A DNA stretch of 64,000 nucleotides from a virus, in the IMG/VR virus record IMGVR_UViG_3300025697_000014, positions 20,952 to 84,951 of that record. One strand, 5' to 3'. Positions 61,409 to 64,000 of the stretch are shown here, piece after piece. Positions within the stretch are counted from its first letter, which is position 1; every line of letters begins with the position of its first letter. A program made the translations under genes and the position numbers. The notes under the pieces were generated by a model. The model did not search any database. It was not told where the DNA came from and saw nothing but the letters and a program-made list of their open reading frames with translations.

Positions 61409-61640
61409 CTAAGGAGATTAACATGTGGGGAATTACTTCTGCCATGGCGTGTTCTGCTATGGTGTTGACCGGCCGACTGATCATGTATTGGAATGGACAC
61501 GAGCAAAGAAAACTATCGAGAGAGCGAATGGCAACAGTTTACGGACAGGGCTTGACCCCTGAAGCCCTCCGTATTAAGGCTGAGATTATAAAGGCAGAAG
61601 AAGAGAAGGATGCGCTAGCTGGCATGCTAAGAGAGAGACG

Positions 61641-61955
61641 ATGAAGAAAAATGGCTGGCCTAAGATTGCAGGACTACACACAGTGCTGCTGGGTCTGCAC
61701 GGGGCTGACCTGTTGACGACTTCTATGGTGTCACCTGGACAAGAGGCCAATCCGCTTATGAGAAACCTGTGGATTAACGGAGGCTTCAGTATGATGATTT
61801 TAGCTAAAGCAGCCTCATGGATGCTTATGCTTGCTTACTATCTAGCCATACTAAAATGGTTACCCGGATTCGAGAAATCAATATGGGTAAGTCAGTTCAT
61901 TGGATTGGTTGCGATGGTTGCATTAGTTGGATGGAATATTCATATGGTGTTTTAG
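61641..61955 (+). CDS. DUF5658-like membrane protein
   Basis: DLLTT...GQEANPLMR with three TM segments. Confidence 0.6.
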   Translation: MKKNGWPKIAGLHTVLLGLHGADLLTTSMVSPGQEANPLMRNLWINGGFSMMILAKAASWMLMLAYYLAILKWLPGFEKSIWVSQFIGLVAMVALVGWNIHMVF

Positions 61956-61977
61956 AATTGCTAGGAGACCGGTAGAT

Positions 61978-62658
61978 ATGGATAGCGTAAACATACTGTA
62001 TGATAGAGTAATCATTTGGGGCGGCACTGGTATTTGCAAACAAGCTAAACCTGTCATCGAGCACTATGGCTCGAAGGTGATAGCTATCTTCGATGACACA
62101 GACATAGAGCCACCCTTTGATGATGTACCACTATACAAGGGGTGGGAAGGCTTTGCGAAATGGCGACAAAAGCTCTATAGAGAACATGATCTATACAACA
62201 ACATAGGCTTCCTGGTTGCCGTTGGAGCACCACATGGAGAAGCCCGCCTACGTATTCATAATCAACTCAAGCACGAGGGACTGTTACCCATCACACTGTG
62301 TCACCCTTCGTCCGTCGTCTTCCCAGATGTAACTATAGGAGAAGGGTGTCATATCATGGCACATGCCGTACTTGGTCCTGCTGCTGTCTTGGGTAAGCAG
62401 GTTCTCGTCCATACCAGCGCTAACATCACACACGACTGCGTGCTGGAAGATTGTGCCACCGTTGCTCCTAATGGCACATTGTGTGGAGACGTACATCTTA
62501 AACCCAGGGCATGGGTATGTGCTGGTGCCACAGTGCTACCAGGGCTTACCATTGGCTCCGGTGCCGTTGTCGGCGCAGGTGCTACCGTTACTCGTGATGT
62601 ACTGGCAGGCGAGGTCGTAGTAGGAATCCCAGCTAAACCCCTACACCGCAAAGTGTGA
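61978..62658 (+). CDS. NeuD/PglD-family sugar acetyltransferase
   Basis: N-terminal IIWGGTG, hexapeptide repeats, ITHDC, VVGIPAKP. Confidence 0.9.
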   Translation: MDSVNILYDRVIIWGGTGICKQAKPVIEHYGSKVIAIFDDTDIEPPFDDVPLYKGWEGFAKWRQKLYREHDLYNNIGFLVAVGAPHGEARLRIHNQLKHEGLLPITLCHPSSVVFPDVTIGEGCHIMAHAVLGPAAVLGKQVLVHTSANITHDCVLEDCATVAPNGTLCGDVHLKPRAWVCAGATVLPGLTIGSGAVVGAGATVTRDVLAGEVVVGIPAKPLHRKV

Positions 62659-63572
62659 TGTATCTAGATCTCTCTAGGTATAGACTAACCTCACGAAAGC
62701 GTGGGGGTCAGTACTCGGGGCAATGCTGGTATACTGGCGAAGGGCGCGATAGATTCACTATTGAGCCTAATCCACCAGAGGGTGGGCCTCCACGCTGGTT
62801 CTGTAGAGCATGCTCCTTTTCATGCGGCCACGGATTCTCGGGTGGCGCTACAAGATACGGTACATTCCACGATAAGCAGGCACCAGAAAGGCCCAAGATG
62901 AAAGCAAGGAAGAACGTCGTCACCCTGCAAATGGTAGAGACCTACGAACGATTCCTAGATGACAATGGCCTGGAGTACCTGAAATCACGCGGTATCAGCG
63001 AGACAACAGCTCGTCATTTCAGACTAGGAATGGTAGGTGGAGTATACATAACCATACCGTGTGTATACACATGGAAGGATAAGGTTAGATGTCAGGCAAT
63101 CAAGAAACGCTGGATCGAGAAACATAGACCAGCAGATCAACCAGCATACCTCGCACTCCCGGGCAGTAAGACCAAGGCCATCTTCAACTTCAACATCCTC
63201 CAACAAGATCGAGAGTGGGGTATCATAGCCAACTCTCTATTCGATGTAATGCTGTTGCATGAACTAGGTCTGCCTGTGGTTGGACCGTTTGCAGGTGAAG
63301 CCTCTTGGGATGATGAATGGTTCAAGTATATCCACTGGGAAACAGTGGTTAATCTTGGCGATTGGGACGATGAGATTGAGCCCATTCAAGATGGTGGCGA
63401 ACCTTATAGACCTGGAACGTTGTTCATGCTTGCCCGCGCAGTAAAGCTGCGAGGCAATATTATTCAGAATGTTATTAATGTCTACCCTCCGAATGGGGCT
63501 ACGGATGTGAGCAGGGCCTGGGAGAAGGGTGAAGATATCAAAGCGTGGATCAATAGCTTAATAGGAGGTTAG
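62658..63572 (+). CDS. DNA primase (Zn finger + TOPRIM)
   Basis: C...DRF...WFCRAC, YLKSRGIS, FRLG, FD..LL, LGDWD, DVS. Confidence 0.75.
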   Translation: MYLDLSRYRLTSRKRGGQYSGQCWYTGEGRDRFTIEPNPPEGGPPRWFCRACSFSCGHGFSGGATRYGTFHDKQAPERPKMKARKNVVTLQMVETYERFLDDNGLEYLKSRGISETTARHFRLGMVGGVYITIPCVYTWKDKVRCQAIKKRWIEKHRPADQPAYLALPGSKTKAIFNFNILQQDREWGIIANSLFDVMLLHELGLPVVGPFAGEASWDDEWFKYIHWETVVNLGDWDDEIEPIQDGGEPYRPGTLFMLARAVKLRGNIIQNVINVYPPNGATDVSRAWEKGEDIKAWINSLIGG

Positions 63573-63573
63573 C

Positions 63574-64000
63574 ATGGCTTCGAGAGATGAAAAGAATTAC
63601 TGGATGAGATTCTTTGCAAACAAACAGATAGCTAAGATGGAACTGATGCGTGAGTCTTTCTCGACAGAGCGAGGGCAAATTAAGAAGGATGTCCTAGCCA
63701 AGAGCGGGAAAGCACAGATACTTGCAGAACTCACACGTATTGGTGTGCAAATCAAAGACCTCCAAGACGAAGCTATCAGGCTTGCCAGAGGAGAGGGTGT
63801 CTATGCACGAGGGATGTCTAATCCAACCCGCTATATAGAGAAAATTAGCAGGAGCGTAGACAGGCTGACTGAAAAAGCTCTCGCAAGCTTTGATCAAGCA
63901 CACGGTATCCAAAACAAACATGAGATCAACTCGAAACTGCGCAGAAGGATGTTGGCAGCAACCACAGACGTTAAACTATCACAGCTGGTAGAGGTTCTAT
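63574..64000 (+). CDS. Hypothetical helical protein, truncated by window edge
   Basis: AGGAGG RBS, MASRDEKNYW..., open to end. Confidence 0.55.
   Translation, partial: MASRDEKNYWMRFFANKQIAKMELMRESFSTERGQIKKDVLAKSGKAQILAELTRIGVQIKDLQDEAIRLARGEGVYARGMSNPTRYIEKISRSVDRLTEKALASFDQAHGIQNKHEINSKLRRRMLAATTDVKLSQLVEVL

Noticed and set aside
1-64000. Integrase/prophage boundary, reverse transcriptase/DGR, stop-codon recoding
   Set aside because: No such motifs or host genes seen; all three stops terminate well-formed coupled genes

Overview
A 64-kb fragment of a tailed dsDNA phage, probably a siphovirus (tail tube, chaperones and tape measure present, no sheath seen). The host is probably anaerobic, tentatively Chloroflexota. 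Positions 1-23.5 kb (minus strand) form one tightly coupled late operon: glycan synthesis/modification cassette, metallophosphoesterase, TerL, portal, scaffold, major capsid, HNH, head-tail proteins, a GT4, tail tube, tail chaperones and a giant tape-measure gene that runs off the left edge. Positions 23.5-64 kb (mostly plus strand) hold early/middle genes: many small paralogous ORFs, nucleotide-metabolism genes, an RNA cluster and a replication module (SSB, resolvase-like nuclease, DnaB-like helicase, primase). The main finds are: (1) the tape-measure ORF, absent from the ORF track, begins with a two-barrel RNA polymerase-like domain (RQAAMGGR..RYP..GDKDDD); (2) a complete phage-encoded ubiquitin-like operon, Ubl-E2-JAB-E1; (3) a 123-nt tmRNA-like RNA with an alanine-identity tRNA-like domain but no mRNA-like domain; (4) a nine-copy tandem paralog array; (5) covarying intergenic hairpin repeats and a recurrent TTCTGCGCACAA palindrome; (6) a stand-alone NrdD glycyl-radical peptide. 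All family assignments come from motif recognition by eye; no searches were run.
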